A stretch of 58,946 bases of DNA, the filler included, from Sphacelaria rigidula (lineage: Eukaryota), in the NCBI GenBank assembly GCA_964200075.2. It is 5 parts of 5 records of this genome, joined end to end, with 100 filler letters (N's around TTAATTAATTAA, not from the genome) between each part and the next. Parts side by side here need not be neighbours in the genome. Positions count along the whole stretch, not along the records: positions 23,622 to 35,330 come from CAXNAA020004607.1; positions 35,431 to 47,138 come from CAXNAA020004608.1; 3 more parts are not named here. The stretch is one strand, 5' to 3'. This document shows, in pieces, positions 25,967-37,394 of the stretch. Position 1 is the stretch's first letter. The number at the start of each line of letters is the position of its first letter. A model generated the notes under the pieces. It searched no databases, was not told where the DNA came from, and saw nothing but the letters and a program-made list of their open reading frames with translations. Made by a program: the position numbers and the translations under genes.

Positions 25967-28900
25967 TCAAGAGTTTTTTGTTCCAACGTACATCCAAAAA
26001 GATTTCAGCCTCTCAACATGCACCGTCCACTCGCTACACTCAGACAACAACGGCTGCACTAACTTGGGCGGCGTAAACGACACACATATCCATCTCCCAC
26101 CGGGGAGCAACACCCGCGCCAGACTACGAGCCATACGCGGCAAGAACCAATCAAACGCCTCCGAACACGCTATAGCGTCTAGCGTACCCTTGTCCACAGC
26201 AGCATGGAAGCTGCTGTCTGGCAAGTCGGTGCTGCTGAGATTGCAAACGTCCGCAACTAGCCATCGTACGCCTGGACGATCGGTCGAAAGCGGCCTCCCC
26301 TGTACGATGCATTCTTCTGAGAAATCTACGTTCGTGATGTTTCGCCATCCATGATCGTACAATCTGCACGCGCACGAACGTTGGTGTACATTTGAGCAAG
26401 CGTATGATACAGGGTAATGGGGTGAGCACGCGGACGAAAAATTGATACACGTGTGGCTCTTGTGAAAGAATAATGCCTGAAGTCCTTCTCTTCAAAGTTT
26501 CTGCTTGGCACGACGAGATGTTGTTACAGTACCAAGTTTGCAAGGGCAGGTCGAGTAGAGTATACTCAATTGCGGGGTATTTTGAAAGTTGTGCTCAAAG
26601 TACACCAATTCGGGGCAGGGCTTAAGGGATCGATTTTCAGTTACTTTTTGGGGGCGACTTCTAACACTCTACCCTAATTTGAGTACCTCAAGTACGTCTT
26701 GCAAAATACCCCGCAATTGAGTATACTCTACTCGACCTGCCCTTACAAGTTTGTATGATAGGTAAGGTACACGAATTGGCCATGGAAGTTGATCGCGAAC
26801 CACAGTACGTACGTGAACGCAGAAGAACGCATAACAAGTGTACCATGATGAACAGTACAAGAAGCAAGCAGTGCTAGGTAGGACGGTAGTCGTAGGTAGG
26901 TGGGTGGTGAACGTTCTAAGGATAGCTATTGCTGGAGTGCAGGATAGTGTGGGCAACCTACTGGATGGTTGCCTGCGGTGAAGTACTGTCTAGGCCGCAT
27001 AAAACTGGGTCGAGTTGTGGTCAATTCGATATTACGAGGAAAAGAAAACTGTCAAAGCGACAGCCAATAAGATGGGAGAATTGCTGCAGGCGGCTTGACT
27101 GCTTATACAAACGTCACCCGAGAGAGAAGGCATGCGGTGGGTCGCTGACTGAAATATCATTCGGCACTGCTTCATATTCATCCTCAATGATATGACTTGC
27201 TAGGTCCTACGTGTCTTTGTGGATAGAAACCTTCGGTCACCTCATGTCGGTGTTTTCATGTACCACTTATTCTGCAGGCGATACCCAATATCGCGCGCCT
27301 TGTGACGTGACGGTGCACCCTGGTAGGTGTACCTGTCTTACTTCTGGTTCAGAATTTCCAAGTCTCCATTTACCGCAGCACCGTAACACCTAGAACAGCA
27401 GGAAGTAGTTGTCTGTCTTTTTCTGTTGCTGTCACACTTCGAACCCCTCTTCTCCCTCGGGATGAGTTCGTGGTCTCGAGGGATCGACCCCTCTCTCCGC
27501 GTATTGAATTATGTACATCGGTATACTGAATGCGTACATTTGGCTGCTTTGAGTTCTGAAGATTACTTGTGAGCTCTCTGGAAGATGAAAGGACTATCTT
27601 CGCGGTTCACCGTCGTACAGCGTATATAGAAGTGTGTCGAATGTACGGTTTGTCAAGGTCTCACTTCATCGAACTTGGTTGAAACGACGCTGCAATGTAT
27701 GAATTCAACGTCCGCGGGAGAAGCCGTTCCGCGAATCCCAATAAAGCATGCAGCAGGGTTTCACATACCGAAACACCTCATCCCTCCCCCCTCTTTTACA
27801 ACCACGAACCTACTGACGAAGTGCACTACAGTACAGGTACTTATAAGTACTGTGCTCGGTACAGCGCACATGGTACGCAGTAAAGGAGGAAAGGACTGAG
27901 CAGAGCAACGGCGGAGGTGCAGCGTTCGCAAGCACGTCGGGCGGACATTTAAACGCTGCACATGAAAGTTCCACTACTGCTGTAGCGCAGTCCGCGGCCG
28001 CGCCGGGTGTCGCCCACAAGGGGTAAAGACGGGAACATCAGCAGATGGCGATGATACGACGTTGCCGATCATGCTGAATGCTCGCACGAACTGCATCGTG
28101 GACATCCCTGATGCCGTTTTGCAGGTAATACTCGATCACTCGACAGCCGTAGGTCTCACCCGCAATTCAAAACTCACTCGGAAGTCGTTAATCCATCAGT
28201 GAGGGTCGTTGAATCCAACTACTCGGACGACAACGAAGCTCTGTGATGACGCAAGGCTAGCGCACCATTCTCGGAAGAAAAAGTATTACGTTAGGGTCAG
28301 CAATTGTCTGCATCTAGATATATGTTGACGTTCATTCACAATCCTTTATTTCTCGTGATATTTACGTGCAATGCGCCGCCCACTTCTCTGATGTTTTCTG
28401 GAATCTGTATCGAGTACTCTCAGGTTATACACGAACTGTTACTCTAGCCAGTATCAATTCCCCAAAGATTTATTTGCAAACCGTGCTTATATCAATATCC
28501 CCCAACCAAGCCCCCGTTAATCACCGATTGAGTACTCGCGAGTACCCGCTGTATTAACCCCCCGATGTATCAACTGCTCCAGGCTACTCAGTTCAGCGAC
28601 ACCCGGAAATAATGAGCACCCCACGGTCCGCATGGTGGCGACCAGGGGAAATACTCAGTACTTCAGGGTGTGCAGGGTAGCGCCCCTCGAGAATACTGAG
28701 TACTCCAGGGTACGCTGCGTATTGACTGCCAAAAGTACCGAATACCTCCGAGTAACCAACCCCCGAAATTCGCGGCATGTTATCCGGAATACTCAGTACA
28801 TACATAGAGTATTCGGGTACACAGGGTGCTGTCTGCCGAAAATACAGCATACTCCAGGGTATACAGGGTATTGGCTGTTGGAAATACTCGGTATTCCAGG

Positions 28901-29907
28901 GTACCCGAGGTAGCGCCATTGCAAAATACCAGTATTGCGGGATACCCAAGGTTTCGACAGCCACACATATTTCTGTGATTTAGTACCCAGGGAATGCATT
29001 GCCGGCAGTACCGCGTATCCCATAGTACCTCGGGCATCCACTCCTTGAAATACCCGGTTTCGTACCCGCAACATTGAGTACATGCACTGGGTACTCGGAA
29101 TATTCAGGATATCGACCGGATAACATACCCACTACTCAGGGTACTGACTGTCGGAAACAGTTAGTATTCTAGAGGACTCAGGGTATCGATAGCCAACCAA
29201 GTATACTCAGTATTCCAGATTACCCAGGGTGCCGACACCCCAAGATACCCGACTTGACACCCTGCCCTACCATTAAATTTCTAGCAGTCAGCCTTCATCA
29301 GCAATCAATCAAATCAAATAAATAAAAAACCTGCGCACGGATGGAAGTGGCTGGTATCACTCTCACCATTCGCGAAACGCACTACATGAAATTGGAGATA
29401 CCGCATATCCCTTTGTTGGGTAAATAAGTGAGCCGTCTCTGAAAGGATGACGCTCAACCAACCGAAGATGCAGGCGGCGCAGCACACCAATAATAGCACT
29501 AGGCATTTGGAATTTGCTCACCTCGCCCACATTAAACTTGTACCACACCCCACGTTCAAAATCGAAACGTCCTCGGTTGCAGGCCCAAGAAATCGCTCCA
29601 ACGGCTGGTTAAGCGCGTCGGCGTCAAGATGCCATTCCGTCGGCTGCATCGCCCCCGCTGATTTTGCATAGAGTTCATTCCAGTATAGCGGTGAAGAAAA
29701 ATCTCCTGTAGCTGTACACATCATGCTGCTGCTTTCTTGATGGATGCAACGGCGATCGGGATAACGACGACGTTCGTTATTTGCTGTTGTGAGATGGTCG
29801 ATAGTAGCTCCGTTGAAGCGGCTTTGTGCGTGGCACCGAAAGCCGTGACTAGTGTCGAGTGAGGCGTGCAGTAATAGCAAAGTTGAAAAAAAACAGTTAC
29901 TGAACAT
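25967..29907 (-). CDS. Class I SAM-dependent methyltransferase (EEF1AKMT4/METTL13-N/CSKMT-like), 260 aa, probable signal peptide plus plastid transit peptide
   Basis: complement(join(25967-26363, 29522-29907)), 783 nt, phase-2 GT-AG intron. Motifs: FSSPLYWNELY, TEW, ILNVGCGTS (motif I), ITNVDFS, VADV, VDKGTLDAI and LLPGGRWICVSF. Confidence 0.9.
26541..26745. mobile_element. hAT-like MITE in the methyltransferase intron
   Basis: Near-perfect TIR AAGGGCAGGTCGAGTAGAGTATACTCAATTGCGGGGTATTTTG; exact 8-bp TSD CAAGTTTG at 26533-26540 and 26746-26753. Confidence 0.88.
28520..29260. repeat. Degenerate short-unit repeat tract (GGGTAC/TACTC/ATACCC)
   Basis: Dense recurring GAGTACT, TACTCAG and CAGGGTA motifs in both orientations. 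Confidence 0.6.
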
Positions 29908-30234
29908 GTTCGCGACTGGTCACCGCTCTGCCGCCACGCGTGCTACATGTAGTACCTCCTGGTTTGCGACTGGTAACAGACCGAAGGGTATGACATTCCT
30001 ACCCTTTGCGACAGACACGCACCGTCAAGATGCGGCGGGACTACACTACCCTCAACCCCCAAAAGGTATCGATTGAACCGCTTTTTTGAAACTGCCTATT
30101 GCGCCGGCCTATCTCGCCGCTAGATGTACCTCTCGCTTGTCAATCTTTTCACTCGTCCTGCATGATACTGCAAATACGGTGTTGCCTACTGTTCAACGAC
30201 GATTTCAAAAAGAAGGCAGCAGGGATCGAGGAGA

Positions 30235-30462
30235 ATGACGTCAAATGGCGCGTCAATACGAGGTAGCATTAAAGCAGACGGGGGCGACTCCGTTTTCGGT
30301 GATTTTGACATCTACAGCGACGAAGATTTCGAAAGCGACGTAGAAGGGAGGCCGGCGCGTACAGGGAATCGTGGAGAGGATGGCATTGGAAGTGGAGACC
30401 GCCTTGTAGGAAGCGCGGTGGGTAATACGGCTCAGAAACGTAGAGCTACAGTGAAAATTAGG
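30235..30462 (+). CDS. Possible first exon of an unknown gene, divergent from the methyltransferase
   Basis: ATG-initiated protein-like ORF (MTSNGASIRG..DFDIYSDEDFESDVEG..) with a candidate donor AGG|GTAGGT. No downstream exon found. Confidence 0.45.
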
Positions 30463-30724
30463 GTAGGTTATAGCCCGTCTATAGATGTGGGTAGCGTAGG
30501 AGCAAGCGGTTTTTAGATCGTGAGGGCCACTGACCCCGAGAACGACTTCGAGGTTATGCGCATGTACCTTGCTGGTGTCAACCCTGCCAATATATACAGT
30601 ATATGTTGTAATAGGTTCTGCGGTTCATGTATTCTCAATGGCGGTACGTGCTACAAAACATGATGCAAGCTGAGCGATAACTAACATACCGTCTGGAACA
30701 TGAATTTGCATTACTAACCCAACT

Positions 30725-31183
30725 GACACTTTCTACGATAGCCCCCCCCCCCCAAAGGGCATGGGAGGCAAAATCTTCACGTAAATCGAAATGGGAAAAG
30801 CCGAGCACAACTGTAATGCGTGAGAGGACCGCGTGCTTAGAGGACCGCGCCGTAGTTCAAAATACCTCAGGATCGACGTTTTCCAAAACCAATCGGGTCA
30901 GTCCTTGCAGGTACCACACCCCTGACCCTAACCTCAATACTAACCCGAACCCGAACCCTAACTAAAGGGGTGTTCAAATTCCGATGCGGTCCTCTAAGCA
31001 CGCAGTCCTTTGACGCATTACAACAACGAGCAGCTGGGAATTCCCACGCTTGGGTTCGTTTTAGCCAATGTCGCCAATATGAGGCGCTTCATGCAGCCTG
31101 AACCAAACATTAGGTGCTGTATGGCCATTTGTTTCGCGACACTTTTGGGCTGGTTTTTGGGGGGGGGTATCGTAAAAAGTGTC
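30725..31183 (+). mobile_element. GACAC-type MITE with a 4-bp TSD (AACT), interrupted by a nested element
   Basis: TIRs GACACTTTCTACGATAGCCCCCC / GGGGGGTATCGTAAAAAGTGTC; AACT on both flanks. Other copies at 23690-23920 and 35257-35330. Confidence 0.82.
30812..31022. mobile_element. 211-bp TGT..ACA MITE with 37-bp TIRs, 5-bp TSD and telomere-like hexamers
   Basis: TIR TGTAATGCGT.A.AGGAC.GCGTGCTTAGAGGACCGC (34/37 match); TSD ACAAC at 30807-30811 and 31023-31027; CCCTAA/CCCGAA run at 30920-30961. Confidence 0.88.
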
Positions 31184-32154
31184 AACTCATGGGTAAGAAA
31201 GCTACAGTTGTTGCAGGAACGAGGCTCGTCTTCGTCAAAGTATACGACATTGAGACCGCTTCTATCGGTTGGTTATCGTCATTTTGGTTGGATTTTTCAG
31301 TATTGGGACATTTGATCTAGTGTTTGGTCCCCAATCAGGGAATAGCGCCATCACATGTCTTGGACACTTTATATCACCCGACCGAGAGGAGTCTAGATCA
31401 CTTTTCCGATTCACTCGGCTCCGAAGTTTCGACAAAATATCTGAACAAAAATTCCGTTGGATATGAAAACATGTGAGCATGATGTGGGAAAATAGTAAAA
31501 TCACCACAGATTCCTGCAGACTACGTATTTTTTCATGTCCAGTTCAATTTTTACTCAGAGGTCATTCTCGAAACCTTGGAGCCACGCGAATCGGAAAAGT
31601 GGGCTAGACACCTGTCGGTGTTCAAGACGTGTGGTGGCGGTATTCCCTGTTGAGGGATCGAAAGGTGGATCAATTGCCCCAAAATGGAAAACTCAACAAA
31701 AAAAAGAAAGCCCGGATGGTTCTACGGTAGAGTTGAAGTTTCGTGGCCAAACCTTGTCTGATCAATACGACTGCGCAAGAGTCTGAATCTAACGTCAGTA
31801 CGCCGGCCTAGAAAATCTTTAGGCACCGCTACCTTAGCACGACTTAACCGTGAAAAAACGGTTTGCCTCAAACAAAAAAAGCCCATTCCGTTTGTTGGGC
31901 AACACAGTAATATCACGTATGGAGCTAAGACAAGAAACCGGTCCACCCCCTCCCCCTGGGGTTTGGCGCCGGTTGGCAATGATGCTGTAAAACTCGCCAC
32001 CTGCTGCGCAAGCCAACGATGATGATAGTCGATCCGGATCTTTTTGTGCGGTTTGGCGAACCCGAACTTCGCGCAAAGGGGATGATCGTACTACGTAGTG
32101 TTTACATGATGAGACAACTATGAGATAGTGTGTAACCCGTGTCTGTCTCTTGAA

Positions 32155-32400
32155 GTGGCGATGCCAGAAAATAAAGCAACTCATTGGAGGCTGCCATTCA
32201 TATGCAAGATAATCAGTACGCTTCGGGCCGAACAATCTTAGCAGGATGCAGTTCACCCTCGCCGAAAACATCACGCGCTTGGTGATTGCGAACCTGGTCC
32301 GGCGAAAACCCGGCGTGCTCCGTCCCGGCTTTGTAGGGATGCGCGGTCAATGGTCATATTACTGCGGCATGTAAGATCATACGTACACTCCCCCTTCCCC
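32155..32400 (+). mobile_element. Dispersed repeat family E copy
   Basis: Colinear with 10875-11135 (GGGCCGAACA.TCTTAGCAGGA..CTGGTCCGG..CCGGCTTTGTAGGGATGCGCG). Confidence 0.8.
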
Positions 32401-33009
32401 CCCTATTCTCATATATACTCATACAAACATTTATGTAGTGGGCGCCGGGCACATGTCGTCCACACATTGACTGCGAATACCCATAACGCTCCTCAGCTTG
32501 AAGGATGTGTACCGTGGGTTCCAGTTGGAGCAATTCTTCTACAGAGTGTAGAAACACTCTCCGCGGTTCCGACTCTCTATCGCGAAAGCGCGGTGTATTT
32601 CGTCTGTCACCGCAAGAGGGAAATCGATTGCGAGAACGGCTGAGACACTCTTCAGTACCCGGTGCATGCAAAACCGAAAATACGAAAATATCGCACAGGG
32701 CGAGAACGGCGACTCGCACATTTGTTTCACGGTTCAATGCCCCCAACGTTTCCGTATTTCTCGCAACAACATGCGTAATTCACGGCTCAAGCCCTTCAGC
32801 AATCGTGGCCTACCAACTCCAAAATATCATCTCCGGAGGTGATGTTAGTGGTTAATGACCGATTCTGCGGGAAATCACCAAGATGACATACGTCCAGCGT
32901 GACATTCAGTGTGTACACATGTGCAGGTCACAATACAGCACGGCCTGAGGCTCGACAGACAAACATAGGAAATTATCGTAATTCAACAAGAGTACAGTTG
33001 AGCCGTCAC

Positions 33010-33075
33010 GCCCCGGTGGTCAAACCGGTTCATCATCGGTCATTTTCGCGGGAGTAGGGAGTTCGACTTCGGACA
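33010..33075 (+). mobile_element. tRNA-like SINE head
   Basis: GCCCCGGTGGTCAAACCGG (A box-like) and GAGTTCGACTTC (B box-like); same GCCCCGGTGG start as the other SINE heads. Confidence 0.5.
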
Positions 33076-33107
33076 TTAATGCTGTTTGTTACACATTCTC
33101 ATTGTAC

Positions 33108-33872
33108 TATCGTACAACCCCCATCTGGGATATGGACGTTGCAGATGGATATCCATCTAGGATATCAGACCCGTCGAGGATATTCATCTCAATGCCAATA
33201 TGGGATATCCATCTGGGATATGAACACCCCTGTAGAATACCCATGTGCGATGTGTATCGGGAATATCCATCGGGGATACCTACGTTCACGTAAGATACCC
33301 GTGTGGGATTTCCATGTGGGATGACCATGTGCGATATCCATGTGATATATTCATCTGGGATAAACGTCTGGGACATCCATCTGGGACATCCACCTGGACT
33401 AGCCCACGTGAAGGTGAACCCCTGGATGAATTGGTATCTCAGATAGATCCGACATCCCAGGTGAACATCCTAAATCATATCCCATATGGGTGTCCATATC
33501 GCAAATGGATGTGCCATATGGATCCGACATCCCAGGTGGATGCTCCATATGGACATCCCAGATGGATATCCCAGGATGATGTCCATATCCCATATGGATG
33601 TCCCAGCTGAATATTCCAGGTGGACATCTCAGGTGAAATTTCCAGATGGACAACCATATCCCAGATGGATATCCCAGATGAATCCGAAATCTCAGGTGGA
33701 CATCCCAGATGGTCATCCCAGATGGATATCTATATCCAAGAAGGGCGTCCATATCCCAGAAGGATGTTCATATCCTCGATTTCCATATCCCAGATGGATA
33801 TGCCAGATAGATCGGATATTCCAGGCATACATCTCAGGCAGACATGGCATCCCAGATGAAGGATGTACGATA
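33108..33872. mobile_element. Foldback element built from (CATCTGGGATAT)/(ATATCCCAGATG) subrepeats
   Basis: TIRs TATCGTACA.CC..CATCTGGGAT at both ends. The left half carries CATCTGGGA units and the right half carries TCCCAGATG units. Confidence 0.8.
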
Positions 33873-35330
33873 TCGCAGGGCTGTCGTATCGTACTGATTT
33901 CCGTAATGGAAACAGTGAAAACATGAGTCGACAAAAACACGTAGAAAAAAGGCAACGGTTTACAGGAGTGCTGGTCCAATGCTCGATAGTCTATTGCAAG
34001 GCAGGTATGGCGTGAGAAATGCTTTCGTCCCTTGAGACTGCGGACTCGCCCCGAAGAAGGGCGGGGTGGGGAAAGTATGACAAAAAGAAGGAAGAAAAGG
34101 GTACTGTGTTAGCCCATTATCCTCACAGCCGAAAATGGCTACCCGCATGACGACAATGCAGCAACGGTTTGTGTTGGGATTACTTAGCCCACAGCAGATA
34201 CCTTGCTTTTTGAAACATCTTCTATTTCCACCGTCATTTGCTAGCCTCAAAGACCGGATAGCCAGGGTGGACAGCAGAGGCACGCTTCTCGTGATGGACA
34301 TGTGTACCGGAAACGATCCCCTAAATTGATTGTTTTTGAAGGCAAAGACAATGCACCGATCGCACGGCCGGCGGCAGAAACGAGTGTCTCTCGTACGCGC
34401 AGTATAGTCAATGACAGCCGTCACAGAAGTAGTTGACCGTCACGCCACCCCGGCGTATGCCACCACCGCCGGCTGGTCAGGATAGTGGGGTGGGGTGCTA
34501 GACGAAGCCGTTACTAGGTCAGTCGGTCCTCGCGTGGTTGCCTAGTTCTTTCTCTCGCTTGTATATGTGTCTGTTTGGTTTTGCAGAGTGCTTGTCTGTG
34601 AGCTGGACTGTCCCATGGCGGAACTGAGCTGATGCCCGTGTTTTAGAGTTGGCGCTCGGTACTCAACCCCAATGATTCACCCCTGAGTTATTCTGAACTA
34701 GAAACCAATGTGCTCTTGAAAGCGAGGTGAGGAAAGGAACGTGTACGTTCTCATTCCCTGGATGGCACGGTTTCCTTGCCTTTTTTCCACACACTGGCGG
34801 TTCTTTGTGCTTGTTGCAGCTTGGTCGATGTGCTATCCACTCACATGATTGATTCAGCTTCCGCGAGATGATGCAAAAAAGGGGGTATCGTATCCCGCCT
34901 TCACTCACGGTTGTTTACGTATTAGGTGCTGAAGACGTAAGGCAGAATCCAGATCAACACGATAGTGTGCTAGATGAGTAAGAAACGGTAGAAATGATAA
35001 ACAGCCATGCCTAAACAGTTGGAAATATACAAAATGGCGATATAAGGACTGCCGCTCACTATTGACGCCACAACAAGATGCTGGCTGTTGGGTCGCGTGA
35101 AATAAAGCAAGTTTACGACCGGTGAGCCCGTTTTGTGCGGGGCTGTTGCATCATGATGCGGAGTACCTTTGTTCCTGCAGAAAATGTGTATAGTAGGAGA
35201 GCCCGACAAACACCACGGTCAACACGTCGAGTTGATGGCACATGAGCTTTGCAGCGGACACTTTCTACGATAGCCCCCCCCAAAAAGTGCATGGTTTTGG
35301 GAGGCAAAATCTTCACGTATATCGAAATGG

Positions 35331-35430
35331 NNNNNNNNNNNNNNNNNNNNNNNNNNNNNNNNNNNNNNNNNNNNTTAATTAATTAANNNNNNNNNNNNNN
35401 NNNNNNNNNNNNNNNNNNNNNNNNNNNNNN
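35331..35430. other. Artificial contig spacer
   Basis: N44-TTAATTAATTAA-N44. Confidence 0.97.
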
Positions 35431-37394
35431 GGATGCGAGGTCAATGGTCCTTATGACTATGGCATGCATGATCATGAGTACACCCCCCCCCCTCTGGTTT
35501 TGTTTTGACAAGATATGGCCAACTGAAACCGGACCTGCTACAACCTTCATCTTGGGTGGGTCGCATCTCGGCGAGGGAAAAAAGGGGGGGGGGGAGAATG
35601 CTCGAGATGCGTCGCGGCAAGTACCTTGACAATTACGGGTCGATTTCAGACCCCAAACTCCGATAAACTAGCTGTGCATAGTGATCTCGGCAAATCCTCA
35701 GCCAGGCTCTACACCGGATAGATTTTCAAATCCCCCAGATAAATTTTAGGTGAACATCTATATTTTGGATGCACATCCCCAATGCAGGGTGCATGATACT
35801 TGTAGGGCTCACCGAAAATATTAGCCAATAATGTCAGAACAAGATTTTTCTCGAGAAGAGCTTACTGAGAAGAGCACAGCGATAATTTCGATTGCAATCT
35901 AATACCATCGTGCGCCGTGTCAATTCGGGAGATGAAGTGCGGCTGGTTGATGGCTCCCTATTCCAAAACCAAGTCCGATGTTCCTTCCTGACTAGGTGAA
36001 GAATAAAGTGGGTGTGGTACTTATTTTTCTCGGTGCCTTCGACCTTTGGATTAGTTCCTCTACTCACAGTTCAAGCTCCCAACTCTCTCCCACCTCGAGT
36101 AAAATCTCCGAATATGCGCTTTCGTCTACAGTAGTGAGTACCTCGCAGGGACCAGCCCGCACCGCACGACATGCACGAGCTTACCTCGTTGCGCATCCTC
36201 GCCTCCAGTGGAATGATGAAGAAAATCACTGCAATTTTACGATGCTTGGACAATCCTTTGCCAAGTTGTGCGGGTTTTGCACACATATTTGTACGTGAAC
36301 CCAGATTAACGATGTCGGGGGCAGTAAAAAGATCAAACTCAAGTGTCAGTCGGGTCTCATTTTTTTCGCCGGGCATCCTCACCTCCAAGTGCTCATCACT
36401 TGACACCATATTGCAGGAGAGCAACGTGAGTTTATTTCTCGCTTGTGCTGTTGTTTTCGGCGCATTTGCCATCGTCACTATGCATATTCGAGAGTCATCG
36501 TCGGCTGCAACTCATAATCTCTAGAAGAAACTCAAGTAGCGGGGCGCATTTACTCGGCCGAAAATGCCAACAATGTTTTCTCGAGATTGAGGGTGACAAG
36601 CTGTCGGTTAATGAATATATACTGTCAGCTCCGAAATGTCCCTTTACGAGGCCCGATACGCTTTCTGTAGTAGCTTGCCACTGAAGCCCTTGATATCCCT
36701 GAGTACCATATCGACGTGTAGCTGTAAGCACATGCCGATGTTATAGACATAGAAAAGCACACATAATAAAAAATTGGTCAAGTCGAATGATGAAACCCAC
36801 TCTCACAGACGCTCTACACAAAATCCTACGAAAACGTTTTTTACTCCAGAAGCGACATGCAGTAACTTGAATTAACTAGTCGAACCACTGTTACCGACCC
36901 ATCACACGATTACCCCCTCAAGCACACAATGACAGCCATCCACAAAACTGCGAATGGACGTGCGTTCGCCCGTTCTATACGCAGAGAGGGCAACAAAGAG
37001 CAACATCGTACTGTCATCGGAATTCCTCGTCTTCCTACCAAAATTCGACTCGAGAGCGTGATGCTCCAGGGCTGATTACCCAAGTGATCGCATAGAATTG
37101 TCAACTTTTCCTTTATCCCTGTGCTCTTCCGGCGGGTTGAAGAGATCGAATTATACGTAATTTATCACAAGAGTCACCTGACCGCTATAGCGTCTGTTTC
37201 GCCAAAACGCACACGTCGAAAAAATATCAACCCCGTTCACTCCATCATGTCGGTCAAAAATACCGCACAGCGTACTTCAAGTAACCTTCATTTAGCGTAA
37301 TGTGATTCGGCACAAGATGGTGTTATCTACCACGAACCGCAAACTAGCACAGACTAAACCCGCATAAAGACAGTACCAAACCCTGAAACAGAAG

